Positions 19,329 to 29,819 of a stretch of 64,000 nucleotides of DNA are shown in pieces (position 1 is the stretch's first letter; each line of letters starts with the position of its first letter). Below the pieces are notes generated by a model, which did no database searches, was not told the origin of the DNA, and worked only from the letters and a program-made list of their open reading frames with translations. The position numbers were made by a program, and so were the translations under genes. The DNA lies in the IMG/VR virus record IMGVR_UViG_3300046513_000343, positions 1 to 64,000 of that record, one strand, 5' to 3'. This DNA comes from a virus.

Positions 19329-22300
19329 TTACTCCTTGTGCGTGGTGATGTCGGAATAGTTGACGCCAAAGCTGTTGCTGCTGCTGTTGCTGGCACTGTT
19401 GTTGGCACTGTTGTTGGCATTGTTGCTGGCACTGTTGCTGCTGCTGTTGCCGCTGCTGTTACTGCTGCTGTTGTTGCTGCTGTTGCTGCTGCTGTTGTTG
19501 CTGCTGTTGGCCGACGCATTCGAGGAGCTGTTAGCCGACGAGTTGGACGACGAGTTCGAGGCGCTGTTGCTGCTGCTGTTCGAGTCGGACGACGAGATCG
19601 ACGCATGCACGCTGCGCGCCGACAGGGCGGCGGCGGCCAGCTGGCCCGACAGCTGGCCGGCCGCGCGCAGCGACGCCTGCGCCGTTTCGGCCGCCGACAA
19701 CGCCAGCTTCAAGTTCGCTTCGCCGGCCTGCAAAGCCAGTTGCGCCTGCGAGGTGTACACGGCGGTGGTCGCCTTGACCACTTCGACCTCGGCGCGCGCG
19801 TGTTCGTTGTGGGTGTTCTCGACGGCGGCAAAGGCCTTCACGCGCGTGTCGAACACGGTGGCCAGCGCACGCAGGCGTTCGGCTTCGGCCGACACCCCGG
19901 CCTGGTAGCTTTGCACCTCGCTCTTGAACACGTCGAGCGGGAATTCGGCGCTCTGCTTGAAGTTCAGGTTGGCCTCGCCCAGCTTGGCGTTGACCAGCGT
20001 GCCGTAGGCGTCGATGCGGCTCTTGTAGGCGCCCACCTGCTGGCCGTACATTTCCGCCTTCAGCGACTGGCCCTTGATGGCACTGGTGTAGCCCTCGTAT
20101 TCCAGTCCCTTGGCGCGCACGCTCGACTCGAAGCCGGCAATGGCGTCGCGGTACAGCGCCGACTTGATTTCCTCACCCTTCCAGGAGGCCTCGAAGCTGC
20201 GGATCTCCGAATCCTTGGCCTTGATCTGTTCGTCGATCGCCAGCAACTGGCTCTTATATAGCTCGACCTTGTTCAATTCCGCCCTGACCAGCGTTTCGTA
20301 GCCCTGGTACTCGGCCGCCTTGGCGCGCACGGCCGAATCGAAACCGGCCAGTTCCGCCTTGTAGATTTCCGGCTTGAGCGATTCGATCCTGGCCTGCGCA
20401 TCCAGGCCGGCGTACTCGACCTGTTTGGCCTTGATCAGCGAATCGAAGCCGAGCAGCTGGGCCTTGAACAGTTCCACCTTGGACAGTTCGGCGCGGATAC
20501 GGCTGTCGTAGGCCTGGTACTCGGACGCCTTGGCGCGCACCAGCGATTCATAGCCGGCCAGCGAGTCCTTGAAGATGGCCGACTTCAGTTCCTCGTTCTT
20601 GAACGAGGCCTCGAAGGTCCTGATTTCGCTTTCCTTGGCGTGGATCGACGCCTCGAAGCCGGATAGGGCCGCCTTGAACAGCTCGATTTTCGCCAATTCG
20701 GTCTTGGTCACCGTCTCATAATTGGTGTACTCGGCCGTTTTGGCCTTGACCAGCGAATCGAAGCCGAGCAATTCCGCCTTATAGATATCGGCCTTGACCG
20801 ATTGCGCCTCGGTCTGGAATTTATAACCCTCGTACTCGGACGATTTGGCCTTGACCTGGCTGTCGTAGCCGGCCAGCTGGGCGGAAAACAATTGCACCCT
20901 TGACAATTCAGCCTTGACGCGCTCGCTGTAGCCGGTGTATTCCAGCCCTTTGGCGCGCACCTGGCTTTCAAAGCCGGACAATTGCGCCTTGAACATTTCC
21001 ACCTTCGAGGCATCGGCTTCGATGCGCAGTTTGGCGGCGGAAACGCGGGTGGCATACACCTCGGCCATGGTTTTGACCGCAGAAATTTGCGCGGTATAGG
21101 TGGCCACGGCCTGGGCATTGATGTCGCCGATCAGTTTTTGCCCTTCCAGCTGGGCCTTGTAGATATCGAGCTGGGCCAGCGCGGCCGACAGGCGCGTCTT
21201 GAACACCTCGGCCTTGGCCGAAAACGCCTGCACGTCGGCCTGGAACAGCGACACGCGGGCGTTGAAAATCTGGATCACCGATGTCAGCGTGAACTTGGCC
21301 GCGTCCAGTGCGCGGTTCTGGACGCTGTTGAAGTGCTCGATCAGGCGCGTTTCGAGCTGCATCGCCTGATTGAAGGCGAACTGGAAATTGCTTTGCTCCA
21401 GTTCGGCCTGTTTGATCATCACCTCGCGGTTCAGGTCGCCATCGGCGTTCATGCCCTCCTGCAGGGCTTGCTGAATCACGCGCAACAAGGTGCCGCCGGG
21501 GATGGTGAAGCCGCGCGCGGCAAACAGGCGCTGCGCTTCCTCGACGCCGCGCTGGGTGATCAAGGCTTGCCGGTCACGGCCGCGGTTCCAGATCGCCGCC
21601 TCGACCACCGGGTCCAGCCCGGTGTGGGCGCCGTTGACCAGTTCGATCAGGCGCGCATTCATGCTGCCCAGCAGCGTCGTGTTGTATGCGACCTCGCTCC
21701 AGGCGAAGGTCGCATCCGGTGCGTTCGGCAGCTCGCCAACGCTGGCGTCGAACAGCGGAATGTCGATCACCGGCACGCCCGGCAGGTTCAGCCCGGCCAG
21801 GGTCGGCACGGGCGGGAAAATAAAATCCGGCTCGCTGGGGGTGGCGATCTCGGCCAGCGTCGGCGCGGCCGGCAGCGGCGCATCGAAGGCGCTGGGCACC
21901 GGCACCTCGCTCAGCACTGGCGCGCTGGGCATGATGCCGGCAAAGGCGCTCGGCACCGGCACCACGTCCAGCACCGGGGCGAGCGGCACGCCGGTGGTCA
22001 AGGGGTCGGGCGCGGCGAAGTTGGTCAGCACCGGCAGCGCCGGCAGCGGCTCGGCAAACGCGGCCGGGGCGACCAGCTCGTTGATGGTCGGGGCCACCGG
22101 CAGCGTGGCCGCCAGCGCGTCCGGCGCGGCGATATTGTCCAGGGTCGGGGTGGCCGGCAGTGTGCCGGCAAAGGCGGCCGGCAGCGTGATCGGCGTGATC
22201 GCGGGCGCGAGCGGGACCGGCGTGGTGAACACGGCCGGCACGAGCGCCACGTCCAGCGTGGGCGCGGCCGGCACGGCCAGGTCGAGCGTGGCCGGCGCGC

Positions 22301-22844
22301 TGAACTGGTTGATGACGGGCGCGCTGGGGGCCAGCGCGCTCAAGGGGTCGGGCAAGGCGATGTCGACCAGCAGCGGCGTGGCGATGTCGAACAGCGGTTC
22401 CGTGTCCAGCGTGATCGGGATCAAAGCCGGCACGCTCGGCGCGGTCGGCGCCAGCGGGAACACGGCGCCCAGGTCGGCCGGCTCGGCCGGAGCGATGCCG
22501 GCCGGGTCCAGCGTCACGCTCGGGATCGGGATCGACGGCATCGTCAGCAACGGCAGATGCAGCGAAAAACTGCCCAATTGCGCAATCGCCGCCATGGCGC
22601 TCGATTGCGAGGCCTGCGCCAGCGATTCGGAGCTGGACATGTATTGCGACACCACATTGTTGGCGCGGCCTTCGATCCACTTCGCCGGTTCGGCCGGCGC
22701 GGCCGGGGCCGCTGGCGCGGCAGCGGCGGCGGCCGGGGCGGCAGCGGCAGCTGGCGCCGCCCCGGCGGCGGCGGCCGGGGCGGCGGCAGCGGCGGCGGCC
22801 GGTCCTACGGATGGGGAGCCGGTGCTAAAGAATCCGAAGCTCAT
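19329..22844 (-). CDS. Virion structural protein with Pro-rich repeats, ~35-aa coiled-coil repeats and Ser/Asn-rich tail
   Basis: 1171-aa ORF with GGAG SD, in tail/ejection region; repeats such as KAELSRVQLFSAQLAGYDSQVKAK. Confidence 0.7.
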   Translation of the reverse strand: MSFGFFSTGSPSVGPAAAAAAAPAAAAGAAPAAAAAPAAAAAAPAAPAAPAEPAKWIEGRANNVVSQYMSSSESLAQASQSSAMAAIAQLGSFSLHLPLLTMPSIPIPSVTLDPAGIAPAEPADLGAVFPLAPTAPSVPALIPITLDTEPLFDIATPLLVDIALPDPLSALAPSAPVINQFSAPATLDLAVPAAPTLDVALVPAVFTTPVPLAPAITPITLPAAFAGTLPATPTLDNIAAPDALAATLPVAPTINELVAPAAFAEPLPALPVLTNFAAPDPLTTGVPLAPVLDVVPVPSAFAGIMPSAPVLSEVPVPSAFDAPLPAAPTLAEIATPSEPDFIFPPVPTLAGLNLPGVPVIDIPLFDASVGELPNAPDATFAWSEVAYNTTLLGSMNARLIELVNGAHTGLDPVVEAAIWNRGRDRQALITQRGVEEAQRLFAARGFTIPGGTLLRVIQQALQEGMNADGDLNREVMIKQAELEQSNFQFAFNQAMQLETRLIEHFNSVQNRALDAAKFTLTSVIQIFNARVSLFQADVQAFSAKAEVFKTRLSAALAQLDIYKAQLEGQKLIGDINAQAVATYTAQISAVKTMAEVYATRVSAAKLRIEADASKVEMFKAQLSGFESQVRAKGLEYTGYSERVKAELSRVQLFSAQLAGYDSQVKAKSSEYEGYKFQTEAQSVKADIYKAELLGFDSLVKAKTAEYTNYETVTKTELAKIELFKAALSGFEASIHAKESEIRTFEASFKNEELKSAIFKDSLAGYESLVRAKASEYQAYDSRIRAELSKVELFKAQLLGFDSLIKAKQVEYAGLDAQARIESLKPEIYKAELAGFDSAVRAKAAEYQGYETLVRAELNKVELYKSQLLAIDEQIKAKDSEIRSFEASWKGEEIKSALYRDAIAGFESSVRAKGLEYEGYTSAIKGQSLKAEMYGQQVGAYKSRIDAYGTLVNAKLGEANLNFKQSAEFPLDVFKSEVQSYQAGVSAEAERLRALATVFDTRVKAFAAVENTHNEHARAEVEVVKATTAVYTSQAQLALQAGEANLKLALSAAETAQASLRAAGQLSGQLAAAALSARSVHASISSSDSNSSSNSASNSSSNSSANSSSNASANSSNNSSSNSSNNSSSNSSGNSSSNSASNNANNSANNSASNSSSNSFGVNYSDITTHKE
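19372..19580. repeat. Degenerate 12-nt coding tandem repeat (SSSN/SANN)
   Basis: gctgttgctgct/ggcactgttgtt units encoding the Ser/Asn tail of 19329-22844. Confidence 0.85.
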
Positions 22845-22892
22845 ACTGTTCTCCTGGGGTGATGGGGGCGCCGCTACGAGGGCAAGGCAGGG

Positions 22893-24653
22893 TTAAGGGT
22901 CCACCTCCACCTCCAGATCGGGCAGTTCCAGCTCGTAAGTGAGGCTGGCCACGCCACTGGCCCAGCCGGTAGTGGTGCCGTCGATCAGGTCCAGCAGTGT
23001 CGGTGGCGACACGGTGGCGCCCACGGCCCACAGCGCCGGCAGGCCGAAGCTGCTATCGGCGTCGGTTTGTGCCGCGCCGACAACGATTTCGCCGTCGTCG
23101 GACATGGCGTAGGTGCTGGTAAACGGGCCGAGCGACTGCACCGGCTTGTCTTTGATCAGATACCAGCCGGCCGGTTCGGGCGCGTTGAAGGCCTGCGACG
23201 TGGTGGTGACGGTGGTGTCCGGGATACCGAATTCGGGCGGGTGCTGGAACACGTCAACGGTGATGACGGTGTTGAGCGGCGACGCAATGCTGTTGCCGGC
23301 CAGGGTCACGCCGTCGCCGTCGATGGCGACCAGGTCGCCGTCGTTGTAGAAGGCGTATTTGCCGGGGTTGTCCACCTCGGGTAGCGGCATTTGCCACAGG
23401 AAGGCGGTGTTGGGCGAGAGCGGGTCGGCCACCAGCGGGTACTGGTCGGGCGGGCTGACGCCGTCGCTGTTGTCGATGTGGTAGACGGTGCTGACCATGC
23501 TCAGGTGCATCGAGTAGCCGGCCACCAGGCCGGCGTCGTTGATATCGACCGGCAGGCTCTGGTCGCCGTCTTCCCCCGGCCCATACAGGCCATCCTGCGC
23601 TGGATGCACCGTGCCCCCCGAGGTCACGCCATACGGCTCGGTGGTGGTGCCCGGCACCGGGATGCGCTGCAGGGCACCGTCGGCATCCCATGCCACGCCC
23701 ACGTAGGACGGCATCGGGGTCAATTCGCGCATCACCCCGCACATCAGGCGCCCGTCGGGCGAAATGCTGGGGGCGCAGTCGAAGCGCAGTTTGTTGGCGC
23801 GTGACGGCCGCGGCGGGATGCCGATGCCCATCGCGCCCAGGCCCAGGTCTGACATGAGCGTAACGTCCCCCGGACCGTCGTCCGGCGCGGCGTCCCAGCG
23901 CCAGACGGCGTAGCTGTCGTCGTCGTTGCGGCAGATGCCGCAGATGGCGGCGCCGTCGGCTGACACGTCGGTGGCGATCGCGTAGTGGCCGCTGCCGATC
24001 GTGCCCAGCGCTTGCATGCCGTCATCCTCGGTCCAGCGGAAGGCGAAGGTGCCGCTCGGCCCCTGCGAATAGCCAACGATGGTCGTGCCGTCGATGGAAA
24101 TGGCCAGCGCCTCGCCGGTGACGCAGTCGGGCAGGAAGCCCAGTTCGAGCGGCTGGTTGTCATGGATGAAACCCCAGGCAACCGGGTGCAAATGGTCGGC
24201 GCCATTGGCGCACACGCCGCAAACGAGGGTATCCGGGTAGTCGAGTTTTTGCTTGATCAGGGCGCGCTTGCGGCGCGGCTCCAGCACCGGCTCACTCGGG
24301 GTGTCACTTGGCTGCTCCGGCGTCTCGGGCGATTCCAGCGCCTCGCTGGGCTGCGGCGCCGTCGTCACCGACTCGGCTGTCGGCGGCACGCTGATGCGCA
24401 GCGTGTCGTGGCCGTCATTGGTGATGACCTCGATGCGGGTGCCGTCGGCCAGCACGCGGCGCTCCATGTAGAAGCCGCCCGCTTCGCCGTTGGCGGTACG
24501 CTCGTTGACGCCGTAGTGCGTCTTCATGCGCCCGAGCATGGCGCGTGCGGTGCCGATATAGCCCTTGGCCGCCTCCAGGTCGCCAAACAGCGTGGTGCGC
24601 AGCCAGCCGGTGGCGATCGGCTCGTCCAGCACCAGGTCCGGCTTGTTCTGCAT
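22893..24653 (-). CDS. Tail-associated protein with HAF-like extracellular beta repeats
   Basis: Start MQNKPDL at 24653 overlaps upstream TGA (TGATG); AISIDGTTIVG..AFRWT..GMQALG and ATDVSADG repeats. Confidence 0.65.
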   Translation of the reverse strand: MQNKPDLVLDEPIATGWLRTTLFGDLEAAKGYIGTARAMLGRMKTHYGVNERTANGEAGGFYMERRVLADGTRIEVITNDGHDTLRISVPPTAESVTTAPQPSEALESPETPEQPSDTPSEPVLEPRRKRALIKQKLDYPDTLVCGVCANGADHLHPVAWGFIHDNQPLELGFLPDCVTGEALAISIDGTTIVGYSQGPSGTFAFRWTEDDGMQALGTIGSGHYAIATDVSADGAAICGICRNDDDSYAVWRWDAAPDDGPGDVTLMSDLGLGAMGIGIPPRPSRANKLRFDCAPSISPDGRLMCGVMRELTPMPSYVGVAWDADGALQRIPVPGTTTEPYGVTSGGTVHPAQDGLYGPGEDGDQSLPVDINDAGLVAGYSMHLSMVSTVYHIDNSDGVSPPDQYPLVADPLSPNTAFLWQMPLPEVDNPGKYAFYNDGDLVAIDGDGVTLAGNSIASPLNTVITVDVFQHPPEFGIPDTTVTTTSQAFNAPEPAGWYLIKDKPVQSLGPFTSTYAMSDDGEIVVGAAQTDADSSFGLPALWAVGATVSPPTLLDLIDGTTTGWASGVASLTYELELPDLEVEVDP

Positions 24654-27493
24654 CAGATGCGCCGCGTCAGCATGGTCGCGTCGAGCGTCAGGGCATCGAG
24701 CGCGAAGTCGGCCCCAAGCCGGTTGGCCAGCCGCCATTGCCAGTAGCGCCCATCGACGCCGCGGCCGAACTTGACGCGGGCGGCATGCTCCTGGGCGAGC
24801 TGGTTCGGTTGCAGCGCATACACGTATTCGTGGTGGCTGTCGGTGATCATGGTCAGTTCCAGGTCGCCGCCGGCGGCATAGCCGACATAGCCGGCCAGCA
24901 CGCGCTTGAACTGTTCCGCTTTCAGGTCCGACACGCCGGACGCCAGCATGGCGGCGATCGGGCTGCCGTCGTCGTCCTCACCAATCAGGGCGACGATGCC
25001 GCCGCTGGTGGCCGCCAGCAGCAGGCCGTTGAACTGCGCCAGGCTGTTGAAGGCCAGCCCGGCATAATTACTCACCGCCTTGGTGTGGGTATTGAGGACA
25101 ATGCCGGTAAACACCGGCGCCGGCACGCTGGCCATGCCGGCCACGCCGGCCGCCGCCAGCGTGAACAGCGGCAGCGTGACGCTGGCCACGCCCACCGTGT
25201 CGGCATAGCCGTCGGCCGACAGGCTCACCAACGGCAGGGTCAAGGTGCCGCTGCTGATGGTTCCCGCGTCCAGCGTGCCGCGCAGGGTCCAGGTGGCGAG
25301 TTGCACGGCGCCGGCGCCGACGCCGCTGACCTCGCCGCTGGCGGCCACGCGCCACTCGGCCAGTGTGATATCGCCGGCGCCGGCGCCGCTGGCGAAGGCG
25401 GTAGCGGAAAGCGTCAACGCCTGCAGCAGCGCGCCGCCATCGGCGAACATATCGCCGCTGGCATCCGCGTCCAGCGTGGCGCGCCCCAGCACGGCGTCGC
25501 CTGCGCTCATCGTCCCGGTCAGCAGCGCGGCGTCGGCCGCGGCCAGCGGCAGCGTGACAGTGCCGTCCGCCAGGCCTTGCGCCGGGCCGAAGTCGGCCGC
25601 CAGCGTGAATTTATCCAGCAGCACGCCCGCCGTGCCGAGATTGCCCGCCAGCGCGCTGCCGGCCGCATCCAGCAGCGGCAGGAACAAGGCGCCTTCCGGT
25701 CCGCCTTCGGCCGTCAGCAAGGGCAGCGTCAGCGCGCCGGCGCCGACGGAGCCCTGCAGCACCGCGCCGGCCACGCTCAGCAGGGGCAATGGCAGGTCGT
25801 TGTCGGGCCGGGTGTCGGCCAGCAAGGTCAGCCCCGGCCAGTCGATCGCGCCCACCGCCGCGCTGCCGGCCAGTCCGGCCCCGCTCGCATCCAGCAACGG
25901 CAGCGTGACCGCTCCCTCGGGGCCGCCTTCGGCATGCAGCAGCGGCAGCGCGACGGCGCCGTCGGCGACATTGCCGAGGATGGCGTCAGCGTCGGCGGTC
26001 AAGGTCAGCAGCGGGTTGTCGCCAGCGGCCACGCTGCCGCCGAGCAGGCTCGCGTCCAGCGTCAGTTCCTCGGTGGCCAGCGGCGCGTCCATCGCGCCCA
26101 CCACCATGATCATGCTGCGCAGCGTCAGGCTGCCGGTGGCGACTGTGCCGCCCTCGCCGCTCGCATCGAGCGTCAGCCAAGGCAGCGGCAGGGCTGGTTC
26201 GAGCGCGCCGGCGCTGTCCATGGGCAGCAGCGCCAAGTTGCCGCCGGCGGCCATGTGGTGCGGGAAGCCGGTGGCGGCCAGGCTCAAAGGCAACAGAGTC
26301 GCCTCGCCGTCGGGCGTGCGCAGGCCGGTCGCGGCCAGCGTCAGCGCTTCCATCGTCAAGCTGCCGCCCACATAGGTGTCGGTCGGCACGTTGAGCAGGC
26401 CGTTGGCGCTCAGCTCCAAGAGCGTGAGGTCGCCGTCGTTGGACGGCGGCGCGCTCAAGGTATAGGTGCGCGCCTCGCCGTAGGTGTTCCACGGCGTTTG
26501 TCCGGTTTGCGTGTCGGCCACCTGCCAGCTGGCGCCGTCGTAATACTCCAGCGTCCACGCCGACGGCTGCTGGTTGGTGGAATTGGCCGTTTTATGGCTG
26601 GGCGCGCTGACTACGTATTCAACGACGGCATACGGCGCATTGAATTCGTATTCCAGCCAGGGCGTGCTGGCCCCGCTGGCGTACCAGTAGGTGTCGATGG
26701 TGTTGTCGAACGCCTGGACGGCGCCGTAGGAGTAGCCATACGCGCCGCCGGTGGGCGCGTCGGCCGCCGAGGCGGTGGCGGTGCCGTCGGCGCTGGTGAG
26801 CGTGAAGGCGACATCGTAGCCCTGGTTGACCACGCCGGCGCCAAAGGTGGCCGCCAGCGCGTAGTAGTAGCCGTCGCTGATGCCGGCGATCAGGCCCTCG
26901 GCCGCGCCGGCATAGCCGCTGGTGCCGAAGTCGATGCGCAGCGTGTTCGGCGCGGCGGAGGCGAAGGTGACTTCCCATACCGTGTCGGCCGAGCCGGGGT
27001 CGGTGTCCTGCGAACACATTTCAAGGCGGATGCGGAACGTCGTGCCGCTGTTCTCGGCGCCCGCGTACAGCCGGCGCGTGCCGCTGAAGCCGGAATCGTT
27101 GCCGGGACTGTGGAAGATGCTGGGGAAGCCCTTGGGGGTGTTCTCGACCTGGAAGTAGTCCCAGCCGTAGGTGGCGCCGTCGGTGCTAAATTCGATCTGC
27201 CCGTCATCGGTGATGAAGCAGCTCGAATACGACACGCCGCCCAGGATGACGGCGAACGGGAAGGTGACGGTATGCCAGTTATACGACGAGAACGCGCCGA
27301 CGATGGTCGACAGCGACGCGGTGCCCAGCAGGCTGGCGGCGCCGGTGTTGGTGGCGCTGACGGTGAAGAAATCGCGCACGTACTGGTGCGCGACCCCGAC
27401 GCTGGAACGCAGTTCCAGGCCGCCAACGCCGTAGCCGAAAGAGCTGCCGGCGTTGGCGGTCATGTTGAGCCGCCACTTGGTCGGGGCCGTCAT
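24653..27493 (-). CDS. Putative tail fibre/appendage protein (carbohydrate-binding-like N-terminal domains, TLPLL repeats)
   Basis: 946 aa; AFDN...W...WLEYEF...PSAWTLEY discoidin/F5-8-like segment; repeated TLPLL(D/T)A units. Confidence 0.6.
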   Translation of the reverse strand: MTAPTKWRLNMTANAGSSFGYGVGGLELRSSVGVAHQYVRDFFTVSATNTGAASLLGTASLSTIVGAFSSYNWHTVTFPFAVILGGVSYSSCFITDDGQIEFSTDGATYGWDYFQVENTPKGFPSIFHSPGNDSGFSGTRRLYAGAENSGTTFRIRLEMCSQDTDPGSADTVWEVTFASAAPNTLRIDFGTSGYAGAAEGLIAGISDGYYYALAATFGAGVVNQGYDVAFTLTSADGTATASAADAPTGGAYGYSYGAVQAFDNTIDTYWYASGASTPWLEYEFNAPYAVVEYVVSAPSHKTANSTNQQPSAWTLEYYDGASWQVADTQTGQTPWNTYGEARTYTLSAPPSNDGDLTLLELSANGLLNVPTDTYVGGSLTMEALTLAATGLRTPDGEATLLPLSLAATGFPHHMAAGGNLALLPMDSAGALEPALPLPWLTLDASGEGGTVATGSLTLRSMIMVVGAMDAPLATEELTLDASLLGGSVAAGDNPLLTLTADADAILGNVADGAVALPLLHAEGGPEGAVTLPLLDASGAGLAGSAAVGAIDWPGLTLLADTRPDNDLPLPLLSVAGAVLQGSVGAGALTLPLLTAEGGPEGALFLPLLDAAGSALAGNLGTAGVLLDKFTLAADFGPAQGLADGTVTLPLAAADAALLTGTMSAGDAVLGRATLDADASGDMFADGGALLQALTLSATAFASGAGAGDITLAEWRVAASGEVSGVGAGAVQLATWTLRGTLDAGTISSGTLTLPLVSLSADGYADTVGVASVTLPLFTLAAAGVAGMASVPAPVFTGIVLNTHTKAVSNYAGLAFNSLAQFNGLLLAATSGGIVALIGEDDDGSPIAAMLASGVSDLKAEQFKRVLAGYVGYAAGGDLELTMITDSHHEYVYALQPNQLAQEHAARVKFGRGVDGRYWQWRLANRLGADFALDALTLDATMLTRRI

Positions 27494-27509
27494 CGCGCGC
27501 TCCCGCCGC

Positions 27510-28280
27510 TTACGAGGTTGGCAGGGTGATCGGGAACGAGCTGATGGTCTGCGTCGCGCCGGAGGTGATGCTGGTGGAAGACATGTTCAGCTGCGCACCG
27601 CTGGTGGAGATCGCGCCGTCCAGGCGGATCTCGGTCTCGGCCGAATCGAGCGCGCCCGAGTCGGCCACCGCGCCGACGAAGCGGAACCAGCCGGCGGTGC
27701 CGGTGGCGCCGGCGATGCCGGACCAGGTCTGCGCGGCCAGTTTCGGCAGCACGCCAGCGGCGGCGACGCCGAAATTGAGGCCGTTGACGGCGGTCACGCC
27801 GCTGGCCATGTTGACATCGGTGCTGGTCATGGTGGTGCAGGTGGCATCGACCACGAAGCCGTTCGGGCCGGCGCCCGAGCCGCGCTTGGCACGGATGGTC
27901 ACCACCGCGCCGGACGAGGTGGCGCTGTATTCCGGGTCGGAGGCGGCATTGTTGACCGCCAGCGCCAGGTCCACGGCGGTCTGCGTGAGCGAGGAATTGA
28001 ACGGCACGGCGGCGTCAATGATGGCGATGCCGTCCACCGTCAGCGCGGTCACCGAGCCGGCCGAGCCGGCCAGGGTGACGGTGCCGCTGGCCAGCACTTC
28101 GGCGGTGTGCGAGCCCGAGGCGTCGGTGATGGTGGCCAAGAGCGTGCCGGTCGGGGCGGCGTCGGCGGTGGCCGGCTGGGCGCCGCTGTAGACAAGGATT
28201 TTGCCGCCTTGCAGGGTGTCCTTGAGCGAGCCGCCCGAGAGAACGTGATTGCGCAGCGCAGAGCTGAGACGAAGGGTCAT
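27510..28280 (-). CDS. Virion structural protein, paralog of 59363-59782
   Basis: GGAG SD; MTLRLSSALRN...YSGAQPATADAAPTGTLLA...GTAGWFRF...LDG. Confidence 0.7.
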   Translation of the reverse strand: MTLRLSSALRNHVLSGGSLKDTLQGGKILVYSGAQPATADAAPTGTLLATITDASGSHTAEVLASGTVTLAGSAGSVTALTVDGIAIIDAAVPFNSSLTQTAVDLALAVNNAASDPEYSATSSGAVVTIRAKRGSGAGPNGFVVDATCTTMTSTDVNMASGVTAVNGLNFGVAAAGVLPKLAAQTWSGIAGATGTAGWFRFVGAVADSGALDSAETEIRLDGAISTSGAQLNMSSTSITSGATQTISSFPITLPTS

Positions 28281-28317
28281 GGTAATTCTCCAAAGGAAGC
28301 CCCGCAAACGCCGGGCG

Positions 28318-28341
28318 AAAAAAAACCCGCGGCTGCGGGTT
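28318..28341 (-). terminator. Rho-independent terminator
   Basis: AACCCGC-AGCC-GCGGGTT running into a T tract on the minus strand. Confidence 0.7.
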
Positions 28342-28364
28342 CGAGGGGTGATGCAGGAAAAGGG

Positions 28365-29546
28365 TCAGCTCAGGAACAGCAGGTACTGGTTCAGCAGGGC
28401 CGAACGGCGGAAATGCGCCGCCCCGGTGGCGCTGGCGGCGTAGCGGTAACGCTCATGGGTCAGGTTCTGCACCGAGCCGTCCGGGGTGCCCAGGCAGATG
28501 CCCAGGCCGGTGGCGAACAGCACGCATTGCTGGCCGGCCAGGCCGGCGTTGCCGCTGACGGCGTAACCGTCGGCGGCGACGGCGCTGCGCGCGATGCCGG
28601 CGCTGTCGACCACCACCTTGCGCGTCAGGTCTTCGAGCCGGTCACCGGCCAGGAAATACACTTGCTGCTCGGTGCCGACGAACAGGCCATGCTCGACGGC
28701 GGCCACAAAAACGATGGTGCTGCCGTCCAGCGGAACATAGTCGCGCCGGTCGCAGTATTCGTAGCCCAGCGCGGCGCTGGCGAACAGCACATTGCCGGCG
28801 GCGATGATGATGCGGCCGCGGTGCACGGCCAGGCACTGCCCGGCCGGCGGCTGATCGAGCCATTGCGTGGCCAGCGGCAGCGTCGCTCGGCCGCTGGTGA
28901 TGTCCACGCCGCCGTCGCTGGCGGCGACGATGGCGGCCTGATACAGCGTCTTGCCGTCCGGTTCGGACAGGTAGACGGCAACCTCGACCAGTGCCGGATC
29001 GGCCGGCACCGGCCAGGTCACGCGCACGCCGCCGTTGTCGGGCAGCGTGATCAGCGAGGTGATGCCGGCGCCGGACTCCTGGCCGTCGGCGCGCAAGGTG
29101 GTGAGTACCGCCTGATAGGCGCCGGCAGTCAAGGCGCCGGGGATGGCCGCCAGGCCGGGCGGCTCCGGCAGCGGCATGCCCCAGCTGCGCGAACGGCCGC
29201 CCGCCAGCGCGCCGCTCTGCTGGCCGTTGCTCCAGTAGATATTGCCGTTGACGGCGACGTAATTGTTGGGCACATCGGCCAGCAGGCCGGTGGCCAGCGT
29301 GGTGCTGCTGAAGTCGGCGTTGAGCCGCTTGAGGGCGGGGCCGGCCACATACAGGCAGGTGTCGCCTTCGGCCCACAGCGAGTGGGCGGCGCCGGCCACC
29401 TGCAAGGTGGTGCCGGCGCGGCGCGCCACGCGCCCGCTGTCGTCGATGTCGACGTTGACCGCCTCGCTCAGGTCTTCCGGCGCCAGCCGTTCGGCCGGCA
29501 GCGTGTTGCGGATGCCGGCGAAGGCTTTGTAAGTAGCTTCGGCCAT
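28365..29546 (-). CDS. Putative tail nozzle/stabilisation protein (beta-rich)
   Basis: 393 aa; FAGIRN...AVNVDIDDSGRVARRAG N-terminus typical of podovirus tail proteins; follows the adaptor gene. Confidence 0.6.
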   Translation of the reverse strand: MAEATYKAFAGIRNTLPAERLAPEDLSEAVNVDIDDSGRVARRAGTTLQVAGAAHSLWAEGDTCLYVAGPALKRLNADFSSTTLATGLLADVPNNYVAVNGNIYWSNGQQSGALAGGRSRSWGMPLPEPPGLAAIPGALTAGAYQAVLTTLRADGQESGAGITSLITLPDNGGVRVTWPVPADPALVEVAVYLSEPDGKTLYQAAIVAASDGGVDITSGRATLPLATQWLDQPPAGQCLAVHRGRIIIAAGNVLFASAALGYEYCDRRDYVPLDGSTIVFVAAVEHGLFVGTEQQVYFLAGDRLEDLTRKVVVDSAGIARSAVAADGYAVSGNAGLAGQQCVLFATGLGICLGTPDGSVQNLTHERYRYAASATGAAHFRRSALLNQYLLFLS

Positions 29547-29588
29547 GATGTAGAATCCTTTCCCTTTGTAAATCTTTCAGGAGGGCCA

Positions 29589-29819
29589 ATGGCCGAAAAT
29601 ATGGAAGTGATGGCATTGGCGCACAAGGTCCATGTGGACCTGGGCGCGTTGGCCACCATCTTGCTGGTGGTAGAAAACGACGACGACGCCTCGGTTGGCA
29701 TCGTCCTTCCTATCCATTTCAAACACCGCGAGGACTTGGCGCTGGCACTGGAAGCGCTGGCCGAGAAGGTGCGCTCGGCAAGCTACCCCGACGCAGGCAG
29801 CCGGGTCTACAGCAACTAA
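29589..29819 (+). CDS. Small antisense (moron-like) hypothetical protein
   Basis: AGGAGG SD, 76 aa MAENMEVMALAHK..., fills the gap between two minus-strand structural genes. Confidence 0.6.
   Translation: MAENMEVMALAHKVHVDLGALATILLVVENDDDASVGIVLPIHFKHREDLALALEALAEKVRSASYPDAGSRVYSN

Noticed and set aside
19372-19580. Simple repeat as a phase-variation tract
   Set aside because: The unit is a multiple of 3 and degenerate, so slippage would not shift the frame.
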